Below are positions 1 through 8,763 of a DNA stretch of 46,147 nucleotides, piece after piece. Source of the stretch: a virus (lineage: Duplodnaviria; Heunggongvirae; Uroviricota; Caudoviricetes); the IMG/VR virus record IMGVR_UViG_3300001528_000192, positions 128,001 through 174,147 of that record, one strand, 5' to 3'. How positions within the stretch are numbered: the first letter of the stretch is position 1; every line of letters starts with the position of its first letter. The position numbers and the translations under genes were made by a program. The notes under the pieces are model-generated. The model was not told the origin of the DNA. It did no database searches and worked only from the letters and a program-made list of their open reading frames with translations.

Positions 1-78
1 CTTATCCATGTCAACAGTTTCTACATCATCAACTGTTAAAGAGTCACAAGTACATCCAGTAATGTTTACTATTTTCAT
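1..78 (-). CDS. hypothetical protein, N-terminal part (runs off window)
   Basis: ATG at 78 after an A-rich leader; open frame MKIVNITGCTCDSLTVDDVETVDMDK to the window edge. Confidence 0.6.
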   Translation of the reverse strand, partial: MKIVNITGCTCDSLTVDDVETVDMDK

Positions 79-95
79 TTTGTTTTTTTTTTTAG

Positions 96-386
96 TTAAT
101 CCTCTGCTGTCCATCCATCTTCATCACAGGTATGGAATTGACAATAAAGACAGCCCCACTCTACTGAGAGACAAGTCATACTAATATTGCTCTTATCTGG
201 GAGCTCTACATAGAGTTTGTCCATTTCTTCCTCTGGAAACGTCCATTTTGAGTCAAAATAGATTTCTAGATTTTCCTCATCTACCTTCTCTATGTCTCCC
301 CAATCCTTAAAGAAGGATTCTACACATTTCAAGTTCTCTGGCTTTTCAGAATATACTTGAAGGGTATTTTCACAAATGTTAGCCAT
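96..386 (-). CDS. hypothetical protein, YubB/DUF1281-like ferredoxin-fold
   Basis: MANICENTL...FDSKWxxP...EWG pattern resembles this phage-associated family. Confidence 0.55.
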   Translation of the reverse strand: MANICENTLQVYSEKPENLKCVESFFKDWGDIEKVDEENLEIYFDSKWTFPEEEMDKLYVELPDKSNISMTCLSVEWGCLYCQFHTCDEDGWTAED

Positions 387-554
387 TCATTTTGGATATT
401 GTTTCCTTATTTTCTTTAATCTTTTCTCTATTCTTTAGTATCTCCTCCTTTAAAGTTTTAAACTCTTTTCTACTTCCATAAGCTCTCGTTTTATGCGAAC
501 TTCAAGGAAGAAAATAAAAATTATTAAACAAAGTATCGGTAATACGTGTGTCAT
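379..554 (-). CDS. small membrane-anchored coiled-coil protein interrupted by a -1 frameshift (34 aa in frame 0, about 58 aa if shifted)
   Basis: Manual translation: MTHVLPILCLIIFIFFLEVRIKRELMEVEKSLKL* (stop 450-452); the -1 frame continues TLKEEILKNREKIKENKETISKMNG* to 379. Confidence 0.45.
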
Positions 555-556
555 AG

Positions 557-856
557 TCACTCCTTAGATTCATATGTATATACCCTTCCAGACTTCCCTA
601 TTTCAATCTCTACTGGACTTTCCTCATAGGAGATCCTAGGAAAGGTTAAACCTTGGAAATCACTTTTACTAAGAATCTTATCTCCACGCTTCGCTCTGGT
701 ATGAATATCATTGTCTAGAGTAATCCAACCCATATCTGGATTTTCTGTTGACCATCCATACTCTCCTTCTTTCTTAGGCTTCTCTCCCTGACAAATGGCT
801 CTATTACCATTTCCATCAGAAACCATCCAGTAGGTTCCAGCTAATATTTCTTTCAT
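557..856 (-). CDS. hypothetical protein
   Basis: ORF track; tightly packed with neighbours. Confidence 0.7.
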   Translation of the reverse strand: MKEILAGTYWMVSDGNGNRAICQGEKPKKEGEYGWSTENPDMGWITLDNDIHTRAKRGDKILSKSDFQGLTFPRISYEESPVEIEIGKSGRVYTYESKE

Positions 857-1165
857 TCAATAATAACAAATTTTAACTCTACTTACTTCTATCTCTATAG
901 GGTTGTCTCCCCATTTTGGAACGGGATAATTGTTTAACTCTTTCCGAACCAAAGGAGAGCATAGCCCAAATATATCTGATAGGAATGAACTTGAAGTATA
1001 GGCACTTATATAATTACCTATTACATTCCAAATCCTAAGATGATCATCTCTGACTAATATCGCATCGATCCCTGCAACTATTATAAGAGGACCATTATAG
1101 TCAGCAACATACCAGATTCTAAATCCCCTATCAAATTTTAATTCAATTGGTTCCGAGTATGCCAT
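857..1165 (-). CDS. hypothetical protein
   Basis: ORF track; stop abuts the next start. Confidence 0.65.
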   Translation of the reverse strand: MAYSEPIELKFDRGFRIWYVADYNGPLIIVAGIDAILVRDDHLRIWNVIGNYISAYTSSSFLSDIFGLCSPLVRKELNNYPVPKWGDNPIEIEVSRVKICYY

Positions 1166-1310
1166 TTTCCTTATTATACATCTGTTTGCTAAATCCGTCT
1201 ATCTGAGCTTGAGTAATATTACTTACCCAAGTCTCAAATAGATGTCTATACTTAGAATGGTTGCAGAAGTAAAATTCCCTCTGCAACCAATTATATAACT
1301 CTCTTGTCAT
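1143..1310 (-). CDS. small hypothetical protein (55 aa, not in ORF track)
   Basis: MTRELYNWLQREFYFCNHSKYRHLFETWVSNITQAQIDGFSKQMYNKENGILGTN*; ATGA overlap with the upstream gene; fills the gap. Confidence 0.7.
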   Translation of the reverse strand: MTRELYNWLQREFYFCNHSKYRHLFETWVSNITQAQIDGFSKQMYNKENGILGTN

Positions 1311-1975
1311 TCTTTATAAACCTCATCTGGAATAGTATGCTCTTTAGCCTGAGTTTCTATGCCGTGTTCCACTTGTTTACATATGATCTCCTGCACTTGT
1401 TGCCAAGATACCGGAGTGTAGTTATTGTTATCTACTCCAACATCATATTGATATGGAAATAGATTAACTAGTCTGTCCGTGTCAGTTCCAGCACAGTTTG
1501 GACCAGAGTGAACATGACCAAATAGCTGGTATACAGCATTTTCAGGCTTTCTCCATGCTCCACCAAAACATAGGTAAGGATAATGATTGAGATATACAGT
1601 TCTCCCGTCTATCTTAAGGATCATTTGCTGATTCACTTCCTCAAAAAGTTCCATTACTTTATCTCCAGGATATCTCGTAATGTCATGATTGCCTAGAATT
1701 AAGTAATGATGGCCATTTAGTTGACTTAAGAGTTCCTTCCATCGCCCATTCGTGGCAAATGCAAAGTCTCCTAAATCAAACACAAGATCATCAGGTTTAA
1801 CAACTGAGTTCCAATTCTGAATAAGATTCCAGTCCATGTCCTCAGTTGTTTTCCATGGTCTCTTACAGAATTTCAGGATATTCTGATGTCCAAAATGTAA
1901 ATCGGAAGTAAACCAGATTCCCTGCTTAGAAGAATCAATCTTTAGAGGTTTAACAAGTTCCATATTCTGTTTCAT
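1307..1975 (-). CDS. calcineurin-like metallophosphoesterase
   Basis: Motifs SDLHFGH, DLGD, GNHD, NH, GHVH. Confidence 0.9.
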   Translation of the reverse strand: MKQNMELVKPLKIDSSKQGIWFTSDLHFGHQNILKFCKRPWKTTEDMDWNLIQNWNSVVKPDDLVFDLGDFAFATNGRWKELLSQLNGHHYLILGNHDITRYPGDKVMELFEEVNQQMILKIDGRTVYLNHYPYLCFGGAWRKPENAVYQLFGHVHSGPNCAGTDTDRLVNLFPYQYDVGVDNNNYTPVSWQQVQEIICKQVEHGIETQAKEHTIPDEVYKE

Positions 1976-2636
1976 TGTAAAACTTTATTTTAGTGTTATA
2001 ATGTTTTTGAAGTGCTTCATTAATCCTAGGAAAGAAGTCATAAGGCATCTTTTCGCATCTTCTAGCATAGAATGCTGGATGATATACCTCGAATATTCCA
2101 AAGGATTGCACTATGTCTTTCTTGAAAAGACTTGCTTGATTTCCAAACAATACATATATAAGACCTCCACCGTAAGAGCTTAAATTGTGTATTAGTTTAG
2201 ACATAAAAGGTTGCCAAATATTAAAATGAGAACCAACTCTATTTACTTCGCAAGTAAGTGCAGTATTAATCATTAATACTCCTTGCTTCGCCCACGATTC
2301 CATAGTGTTGTCAAATTCTATCCTATTATGAGGCATTTCATAATTTATTACAGACTCTTTCACTACTTGGAGTGAAGGTGAGAGTCTTTCTTCAGGTGTG
2401 TCTGCAGAGTTACCAAAGAGTATTCCAGTAGCTACACCCTTTTGAGGGTATGGATCTTGCCCTAGAGCCACAACCTTGCAATCCTTAAGAGGACATAGTT
2501 TAAATGCCCTAAAGATATTTTGTTTAGCTGGACATAGTATCTCTGGATTTACATCCTTTAGCCAGTGCATTATCTTCAATGTCTCTTGCTCATCTATCAC
2601 TCTAGACCAGTCTCCAAAATATTCTTTAAAAGTCAT
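1950..2636 (-). CDS. ung: uracil-DNA glycosylase, family 1
   Basis: GQDPY, PSL, WAKQGVLMINTALT and HP motifs. Confidence 0.92.
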   Translation of the reverse strand: MTFKEYFGDWSRVIDEQETLKIMHWLKDVNPEILCPAKQNIFRAFKLCPLKDCKVVALGQDPYPQKGVATGILFGNSADTPEERLSPSLQVVKESVINYEMPHNRIEFDNTMESWAKQGVLMINTALTCEVNRVGSHFNIWQPFMSKLIHNLSSYGGGLIYVLFGNQASLFKKDIVQSFGIFEVYHPAFYARRCEKMPYDFFPRINEALQKHYNTKIKFYNETEYGTC

Positions 2637-2977
2637 GGCTCTTTAACCTTTTTCTTCTCAACGTACTTCTCCATAATATGAGATATATGATTAGAATCAA
2701 TTTTCTCAATCTCCTCCTGAGTAAACCAATACTTATCTTCTAGAGGTTTACATGAGTTAAGCATATCCTCATATGAGTGTTTACTTATTATCTTCTCAAC
2801 AAGCTCTATGTCGGGAGAGCATCTCTGAATGAGTCTAGTGCGATAAAACCATACAGCATCATTGCGTTTCAGTCTCTTAAGAGATTTATTAGCTTGTATG
2901 GCAGAGTATATCATACCAATTAGACACACTGCCCAAGCCACTATTAGGATTATACATATAATATTTCCCATTACCAC
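2633..2977 (-). CDS. hypothetical membrane protein
   Basis: N-terminal hydrophobic helix. Confidence 0.7.
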   Translation of the reverse strand: MVMGNIICIILIVAWAVCLIGMIYSAIQANKSLKRLKRNDAVWFYRTRLIQRCSPDIELVEKIISKHSYEDMLNSCKPLEDKYWFTQEEIEKIDSNHISHIMEKYVEKKKVKEP

Positions 2978-3186
2978 TTGTCATAATTAGTTACGTCCTT
3001 TTTATCTCCACACTTAGTGCATAGGATACTAACTCCTACACCTATACCAGTTTGCGTAAAGCAATATGTGAATAGAGGACCTATTGGAATCCCCATTCTA
3101 TTACAAACTCTACATGATTCGGAGTGCTGCTTAATAAACTCCTTAGCAGCTTTCTCCTCCTCCTCATCAACTTCAAATTGTATCAT
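2971..3186 (-). CDS. small zinc-ribbon-like protein
   Basis: HxxxCxxC ... TGIG ... CTKC; common small phage protein pattern. Confidence 0.7.
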   Translation of the reverse strand: MIQFEVDEEEEKAAKEFIKQHSESCRVCNRMGIPIGPLFTYCFTQTGIGVGVSILCTKCGDKKDVTNYDKW

Positions 3187-3425
3187 CCAATAAGTTCCTT
3201 TAATTTATCAATGTACTTGGTGTTATCCTCAGCGACTTTGGTATTAAAGTCTATCTGAGTCTGGATAGCAGCAATCTCATTCTGCTTGACCTTCGTGTCC
3301 TCTGCTATTGCAGAATTAAGTTGGATTGCCTGTTCGTAAGAACTTTTGAATATGCTTTTAACAGCTGCTAATTGCTCGGCAAATGATTTACTTTTCTTTC
3401 CATTAAAGATACTTTTTAAATTCAT
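3183..3425 (-). CDS. hypothetical coiled-coil protein
   Basis: ORF track; poly-A leader before the ATG. Confidence 0.7.
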   Translation of the reverse strand: MNLKSIFNGKKSKSFAEQLAAVKSIFKSSYEQAIQLNSAIAEDTKVKQNEIAAIQTQIDFNTKVAEDNTKYIDKLKELIG

Positions 3426-3457
3426 GTTTTTTTTTTTTAGGTTATTGAACTAGAATC

Positions 3458-4333
3458 TTATTTGCTTATAAAGCCTCTTTTAATAAATTCTTCGTGCATT
3501 GGTTTGGCTATTTCCTGAGCCATAGGATGTGCATCTTTGGCATCTCTACGATAAAAGAAATTCTCCCACGCATCTTTAAACCCACAAGATATGAGTTCAG
3601 ACTTAACTCCTAGAGGGAGTACAGAACGTGCTTGCTGAGGAGTCCAACCCATTTTCAAGAGAGATAAGTAATAGCCCTGTGCATTCTGTAATGCATCCAT
3701 AAACTCTACTTCGTCACTATTTATTTCAAATGGAGAGTATTTCTGTTTAGACCCTTCTATAAGGGACTCACACCAGCTAGGAATAACAAAAGTGACTTGA
3801 TTATCGAACTTATCCTTAGAATAGTTGCAGTAACGAGTACTTTCAGCTAAGTGAGATAGTCCAATGTGAGTCCTAAACTCATCCATGACTCCTCTGTCAA
3901 GAATCATGTGAACAGTGTATCGTCTAGGATAGAAAGAATTGTCAGATTCATCTAGATGTATTGGAAGCCATATAGCATACTTGCACATTTCTAGATAATA
4001 CCTATAATTAGTAGTTACATAACAGTTATCTTCATCCTCTGTATCTATAATGTTATACTTTATCCAATAATCATTATAAACTTTGTCCATTAGAAGAGTC
4101 TGCAAAGTTTCAAATTGAGCGTCACTCATTCTAAGGTGAACAGTTCCAAATTCAAGAGCGCGAGCATGATCTCTACTCTCCAACATTCCTACGAACTTCT
4201 CATAAGAGGTATCTGTCATCCTATCCTCACTCTTATAGGATACTCTGGCGCATCTTTCAATGAATTGTTTTATACCTTTAAGAGTAAAGTCTTTTTGCTC
4301 TAGAATTTCAAAAGATTGCTTTATAAGCTTCAT
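3458..4333 (-). CDS. thyX: flavin-dependent thymidylate synthase
   Basis: CARVSY, HxxxLEFG, ESTRYCNY, ARSVLP and AHP motifs. Confidence 0.92.
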   Translation of the reverse strand: MKLIKQSFEILEQKDFTLKGIKQFIERCARVSYKSEDRMTDTSYEKFVGMLESRDHARALEFGTVHLRMSDAQFETLQTLLMDKVYNDYWIKYNIIDTEDEDNCYVTTNYRYYLEMCKYAIWLPIHLDESDNSFYPRRYTVHMILDRGVMDEFRTHIGLSHLAESTRYCNYSKDKFDNQVTFVIPSWCESLIEGSKQKYSPFEINSDEVEFMDALQNAQGYYLSLLKMGWTPQQARSVLPLGVKSELISCGFKDAWENFFYRRDAKDAHPMAQEIAKPMHEEFIKRGFISK

Positions 4334-4785
4334 TATTCAACTATTTTAACATATAACGTGTCATGAGGAGCTGTTTTGTTAGTTCCTTTTACAATATCTC
4401 CAATCTTTGAGAAGTTCTTGTCAAGAACTATTACGTCATCAACGAAATAGTCACTTTCACCACGATTATTAAAGATGTTCTTTGCTCCCCAAACCTGGTG
4501 ATACTTAATCTTGACTTTCCAACCTTCAACCTGTGCTTTTACCAGTGTATCAATAAGCTTCTGTTGGTCGCCGCGGTCATTATCCATAGAGAAAGCAAAG
4601 GGCTCTCCACTAGAGTTCATACCAGTCTGAGTAATGTTTAGTAAACCATCCCAAGAATCCCAGAAGACTCCTGCTTTACTAAACTTGGTAACTGTACCCA
4701 CACGCTCTCCATCAGAGAAATGTTCTTTGCAAGATGTGAATGTTAAACACATCACTGCCATCAAAAATAATAAAATTTTCTTCAT
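4333..4785 (-). CDS. putative lipoprotein
   Basis: Signal peptide with lipobox-like FTSC; SDGERVG...KFSKAG pattern seen in Bacteroidota/phage lipoproteins. Confidence 0.75.
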   Translation of the reverse strand: MKKILLFLMAVMCLTFTSCKEHFSDGERVGTVTKFSKAGVFWDSWDGLLNITQTGMNSSGEPFAFSMDNDRGDQQKLIDTLVKAQVEGWKVKIKYHQVWGAKNIFNNRGESDYFVDDVIVLDKNFSKIGDIVKGTNKTAPHDTLYVKIVE

Positions 4786-4790
4786 AATAT

Positions 4791-4988
4791 TTACTTGTTT
4801 TGAATATATACATCAATAGTTATGAGAATGAACAGGGAAATAATTGCTCCTATTGTACACGCCCATGTTACTCCTACTCCAAAAAGCATTAATATTGCTG
4901 CTATTAGGAATATTGTAAAGGGAATTAAAGCAATACCTAATAAAACTATTGCAGCAGTTCCCATTGCTTGTAGTACTTTATTCATCAT
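4791..4988 (-). CDS. small membrane protein (2 TM)
   Basis: Almost entirely hydrophobic. Confidence 0.7.
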   Translation of the reverse strand: MMNKVLQAMGTAAIVLLGIALIPFTIFLIAAILMLFGVGVTWACTIGAIISLFILITIDVYIQNK

Positions 4989-5152
4989 TTTATTTTTAGA
5001 AATCCACTACCACCACAGCGAGGACAATCTTCCTTTAGATTATCATCTATGAACTCAAAGAACGTTGAAATACCACAGGTAAATATCCCTGCTGCAACAT
5101 CATAAACCTTTCCTTTGCCCTTACATTTTGGGCATCTTACTATTTTACTCAT
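4985..5152 (-). CDS. DnaJ-type zinc-finger small protein
   Basis: CPKCKGKG and CPRCGGSG (CxxCxGxG); start moved to the ATG at 5152, which abuts the upstream stop. Confidence 0.75.
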   Translation of the reverse strand: MSKIVRCPKCKGKGKVYDVAAGIFTCGISTFFEFIDDNLKEDCPRCGGSGFLKIK

Positions 5153-5796
5153 CACTCCTTTACTACTTCCCAGTCTTCTGCAAACACATCTGAAACAGAA
5201 GGCACCCATGAATCTGCTCTGCCATCAGGGTTGATAATCAACATCTGATTAGTGTAGTCGATGTGTGGGTTCTCACGCTTCATCAAGATGTCCTTTGCAG
5301 ACTGAGGAAGTGATTGCATGTTAGGGATGATGTCACCTGTAATGTGACTTGGAACTTGCTTGACAACAAACAAGCCCTTGCCATTCCAACCCGCCCTGCG
5401 AATAGCAAGACCAGACTTCAAAGCCTCAATAGTCTTACCAAAGTTCATAGGAATTACCGTATTGGCATCAATTCCCATGTCAGCCATTCTTAAAGTTAGA
5501 GCCTTGTAGTACATTTCCATGCCTTGTGCTTGCTCTTTCATCAACTTATACTGATAGTCTCCAACTTTCTCGCGGAAACCATCCTTTGCGAGAGCTGTCT
5601 CCAACTTGTGCAGACGCTCATTCAACTCACTGCGCTCATCGAGCATTCTTCTCTGAAATTCTTCCATAATGTAAATGTCTTTAAAAGTTATTTTATAGTA
5701 TTCTTCCTTTTCGGGGTGCTTATGTATGGCATCTCTTAAAGCCTCTATTAAGAACTTAATATCTACTGGTTCATTATTCTCTTTTATTCCTAACAT
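5152..5796 (-). CDS. crAss001_48-like helical domain fused to a DUF2829/Tad2-like domain (putative signal-molecule sponge); alternative start at 5667
   Basis: MEEFQRRMLDERSELNERLHKL...QAQGMEMYYKAL, then MNFGKTIEALKSG..RRAGWNGKG...WVPSVSDVFAEDWEVV. Confidence 0.75.
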   Translation of the reverse strand: MLGIKENNEPVDIKFLIEALRDAIHKHPEKEEYYKITFKDIYIMEEFQRRMLDERSELNERLHKLETALAKDGFREKVGDYQYKLMKEQAQGMEMYYKALTLRMADMGIDANTVIPMNFGKTIEALKSGLAIRRAGWNGKGLFVVKQVPSHITGDIIPNMQSLPQSAKDILMKRENPHIDYTNQMLIINPDGRADSWVPSVSDVFAEDWEVVKE

Positions 5797-6317
5797 TATA
5801 AATCTAAAAAGTCTCTAACGTCAATATAATCAATTCCAAAATTCTCGGCGCACTTTTTATCGTAATCAGCAAAGTCTCCTGGTTTACCAGAGGCATCTCC
5901 TATCATAAGTTTATCGTTCTTACCATCCATAAGAGAATATTTGCAACAGAGAATCTCTAACATTCCTACATTGGGTTTTCTCCTGATGTCTCTCTTGTTC
6001 ATTGAGGGACAATACTCATAGTCTGCTATCAAGAGTTCATTCCCTATGTGATTTGCCAGATATAGATTTACGAACCTAGTTATAGCTACTAGTTTAGTTT
6101 GTACATCGTGTTCTGTAAAATACTTTCCAATTCCCCCTTGATTGGTAACAATAAATACAAACTTCAAATTGGGGAGCTGCTCAGCTATTTTATTGAGAAC
6201 AGGCAACTTAATCCTGAAGTCTGTAATGTCTTCTGGAAACTTCTTACCTGAAACAGTTTCAATTAAGGTACTATCCAAATCAATGAATAGTACCTTTTTA
6301 CTTGCAAAATCAATCAT
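5796..6317 (-). CDS. HAD-IIIA polynucleotide 3'-phosphatase-like hydrolase
   Basis: FIDLDSTLI, VTNQGG, RKPNVGM and MIGDASG motifs. Confidence 0.88.
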   Translation of the reverse strand: MIDFASKKVLFIDLDSTLIETVSGKKFPEDITDFRIKLPVLNKIAEQLPNLKFVFIVTNQGGIGKYFTEHDVQTKLVAITRFVNLYLANHIGNELLIADYEYCPSMNKRDIRRKPNVGMLEILCCKYSLMDGKNDKLMIGDASGKPGDFADYDKKCAENFGIDYIDVRDFLDL

Positions 6318-6552
6318 TACACCAATGCTTAAGTTGTTCCTCTGTCATAATGCCGACATGGCGATCAATTTCTACTCCATTATCCTCCTTTATAAGAGTA
6401 GGAACAGCACGAATTTTGTACTTCTCCACCAGAGCGTCATTCTCGTCACTATTAGCATTAATAGGCTCATATTCTATTCCAGCCTTTTTAAGGTTAGAAT
6501 CTAGAACTTTACAAGGTCCGCATGTGTCGGAATAAAATTTAATTATTTTCAT
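6310..6552 (-). CDS. thioredoxin/glutaredoxin-like protein
   Basis: CGPC active site, AVPTL cis-Pro motif. Confidence 0.9.
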   Translation of the reverse strand: MKIIKFYSDTCGPCKVLDSNLKKAGIEYEPINANSDENDALVEKYKIRAVPTLIKEDNGVEIDRHVGIMTEEQLKHWCND

Positions 6553-6710
6553 ACTTCAGTTGTTATAATATTTTCAATTTCCCAGTCATCTTCAATGCCA
6601 TTAATTTGATCATAAGCTGTTTCCTCGATAGATTGCCCATCTTTTACCTCAATATCAACTACTTTAGATATTGATACGAAGATTGCAACTTTCTTAGTCG
6701 AACTTGTCAT
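6549..6710 (-). CDS. small hypothetical protein
   Basis: ORF track 6549..6734; the second ATG (6710) gives a smaller overlap. Confidence 0.55.
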   Translation of the reverse strand: MTSSTKKVAIFVSISKVVDIEVKDGQSIEETAYDQINGIEDDWEIENIITTEV

Positions 6711-6906
6711 AGCAGTATTGACAATCTGGGTCATGCACTACTCCTCTGTGCCCAAAATCAATGTAAGAATGTCCCTTGTATTTAAATGATTGAACATAAT
6801 CAAATGGGACAGTACCTTCTCCTGCACTTATTGTATCAGACCCATTACTCTTAGAGTTGCAAGAACATAGTAGTATCACACTAAATAATAATAAAATCTT
6901 TTTCAT
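6694..6906 (-). CDS. small lipoprotein
   Basis: MKKILLLFSVILLCSC lipobox; C-terminal HDPDCxxC. Confidence 0.75.
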   Translation of the reverse strand: MKKILLLFSVILLCSCNSKSNGSDTISAGEGTVPFDYVQSFKYKGHSYIDFGHRGVVHDPDCQYCYDKFD

Positions 6907-7130
6907 TGCACTATTTCATAATTAATACCTGTTGTATTCCAATCCGTTAGGTCTAGATTTGGAATATTAACGTGTAAATTTCTCAAAGCTTGCGAGGCAG
7001 TATAGAGAGCATTAGTAGGAAGAATAATCTCCTTATTTGCAGCCTCTAATACTTCTGCCTCAGTAGTATCATCTGGTAGGTCAACATAGAGAGTTCTCTC
7101 CATTGTAACCTTAGCTTTAATTCCTCTCAT
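6903..7130 (-). CDS. hypothetical protein
   Basis: ORF with ATGA overlaps on both sides. Confidence 0.7.
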   Translation of the reverse strand: MRGIKAKVTMERTLYVDLPDDTTEAEVLEAANKEIILPTNALYTASQALRNLHVNIPNLDLTDWNTTGINYEIVQ

Positions 7131-7540
7131 CCTAATAGATCTTTATTAGTTGGATATTTTGTACTATGAACAAAGTCACCATGAAGGTAAGCAGTGTCCC
7201 AATTTACTCCATCTGGGGGATAAATCGCAAGACCTTCCTCGTTGTGACAATTATTCCAATTCTCAAGAAGTAGAGAGAGTTTCCATCTCTCTATTATATA
7301 CTCCTCCAGAAGTTCTAGATTGTCCTCCACTTGCTCAGTTACAAAGTAATATGGACTTTCATCGTTGTCCTTACTCATAAATTTAGAAGGCTCAGTCATT
7401 AAAGCCATATCTCTGATAACCTTTTTACAAGATTCAATGTTCTTGTCTAGTTCAGAGATTTTGTCTTCAACTTCTCCTCTAGAGTTAAAAGTCTCCCTAT
7501 TATAAGAGACATTACAAAATAATTCTGTACTCCAACCCAT
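7127..7540 (-). CDS. hypothetical protein
   Basis: ORF track; packed arrangement. Confidence 0.75.
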   Translation of the reverse strand: MGWSTELFCNVSYNRETFNSRGEVEDKISELDKNIESCKKVIRDMALMTEPSKFMSKDNDESPYYFVTEQVEDNLELLEEYIIERWKLSLLLENWNNCHNEEGLAIYPPDGVNWDTAYLHGDFVHSTKYPTNKDLLG

Positions 7541-7541
7541 T

Positions 7542-7778
7542 TTATATACTTCTAAAATTGTTTACTTCTTCATATAAAGATTCGGGAACCATATACGCAT
7601 TATCTGGACATGGATGTCCTTCAATCTCCATACAAAATATGCACTCACTCCATCTAGGATGTTCCATAAAATCTTGTATTTCAGGCCATCCTACTAGTAT
7701 ATACCTCTCTGCAGTACCACACAGTACTGGAGAGGCATTAATATTAATTATTTTTGCTGTTGCTGTTTGCGTTTCCAT
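7542..7778 (-). CDS. hypothetical protein
   Basis: ORF track; WPEIQDFMEHPRW motif. Confidence 0.7.
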   Translation of the reverse strand: METQTATAKIININASPVLCGTAERYILVGWPEIQDFMEHPRWSECIFCMEIEGHPCPDNAYMVPESLYEEVNNFRSI

Positions 7779-7803
7779 CTTTTCTTTTAGTTATCCATTG
7801 AAA

Positions 7804-8697
7804 TTAGTGTATCCAGTGATCTCCTATTGAAATGTCAGCGCCCAAATGTACATTTGGGCAGAATGGTTTCCCACCAGCTACCATACACTTAACTAGAATG
7901 TCTGATACCTCGTCTTTGAGAGCTATAGGGCACTCTACGTTTATCTCATCGTGAACTATCGCACATATTTTAACAATATCCTGATAGTTATTTGCAATAA
8001 TCCAATTAAAGAACTTAATAAGGGCCAGCTTTGTACAACAAGCACCTCTATTCTGTATTCTATAGTTAATGGACTGTTTTTCAGAAGAGGCTTTACGTTT
8101 GTTGAAACGTTTCACTTCCTGTACAGTATCACAATAAGGAGACTCCTTCTTCATCTGCCAGTAATAACTGGTAAATTCACGATCCTGCATCTTCTCCACC
8201 ATCTTCTTCTGCCAATCCCCATCAAAGATATGAGCACGGTGTCCTAGAATAGGATTCATGAGGATGTAACCTTTCCTCATTACTTCCTGACGACAATACT
8301 GCTGATACTGATGTATACCAGGGAAACCCCTCATAAAGTCATTGTAGATTTTCTCTGCTTCCTTTATAGGGAGTCCCTTATTGTTAGCTATAGTATGTGC
8401 ATCACCGCCATAATTTACTGCGAACTCAATTCCCTTAGCCTCTTGTCTGTACTCGTGATATAGTTTCTTAATGTCCTCTATCTTAGTACTTCTTGGAATA
8501 GCCGTAGGATATGACATATAGGCGACTAGACTATGAACATCACCGCATCCAGTTTCAAACAAGTCAATCATGGATTTATCGTTAGAAACCGATGCGATAA
8601 GTCTACTCTCTTGAGATTGATAATCTGTTGATAGCCAAACATTTCCTTCTTCAGCAGTAAAACAAGACCTAGTTACTTCATCATGGGGCAGGTTTTG
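7804..8697 (-). CDS. polA: DNA polymerase family A, exon 2 (polymerase domain)
   Basis: QNLP, motif A DYQSQESR, motif B RQEAKGIEFAVNYG, NYRIQ, motif C VHDE; starts right after the intron-terminal G at 8698. Confidence 0.92.
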   Translation of the reverse strand, partial: QNLPHDEVTRSCFTAEEGNVWLSTDYQSQESRLIASVSNDKSMIDLFETGCGDVHSLVAYMSYPTAIPRSTKIEDIKKLYHEYRQEAKGIEFAVNYGGDAHTIANNKGLPIKEAEKIYNDFMRGFPGIHQYQQYCRQEVMRKGYILMNPILGHRAHIFDGDWQKKMVEKMQDREFTSYYWQMKKESPYCDTVQEVKRFNKRKASSEKQSINYRIQNRGACCTKLALIKFFNWIIANNYQDIVKICAIVHDEINVECPIALKDEVSDILVKCMVAGGKPFCPNVHLGADISIGDHWIH

Positions 8698-8763
8698 CAT
8701 TTGTTACGTATAGGCTCTTTATCCTATACTCTCCTCTTTTCAAAGGAGTATCGGACTATATCA

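Noticed and set aside
81-3440. Poly-T runs at about 83-93 and 3427-3438 as terminators or phase-variable tracts
   Set aside because: On the coding strand they are A-rich leaders just before ATGs, normal for Bacteroidota initiation, and have no hairpin
8698-8700. ATG start of a separate polymerase C-terminal gene (two-subunit PolA)
   Set aside because: These are the last intron bases, including the terminal G; splicing explains the split better
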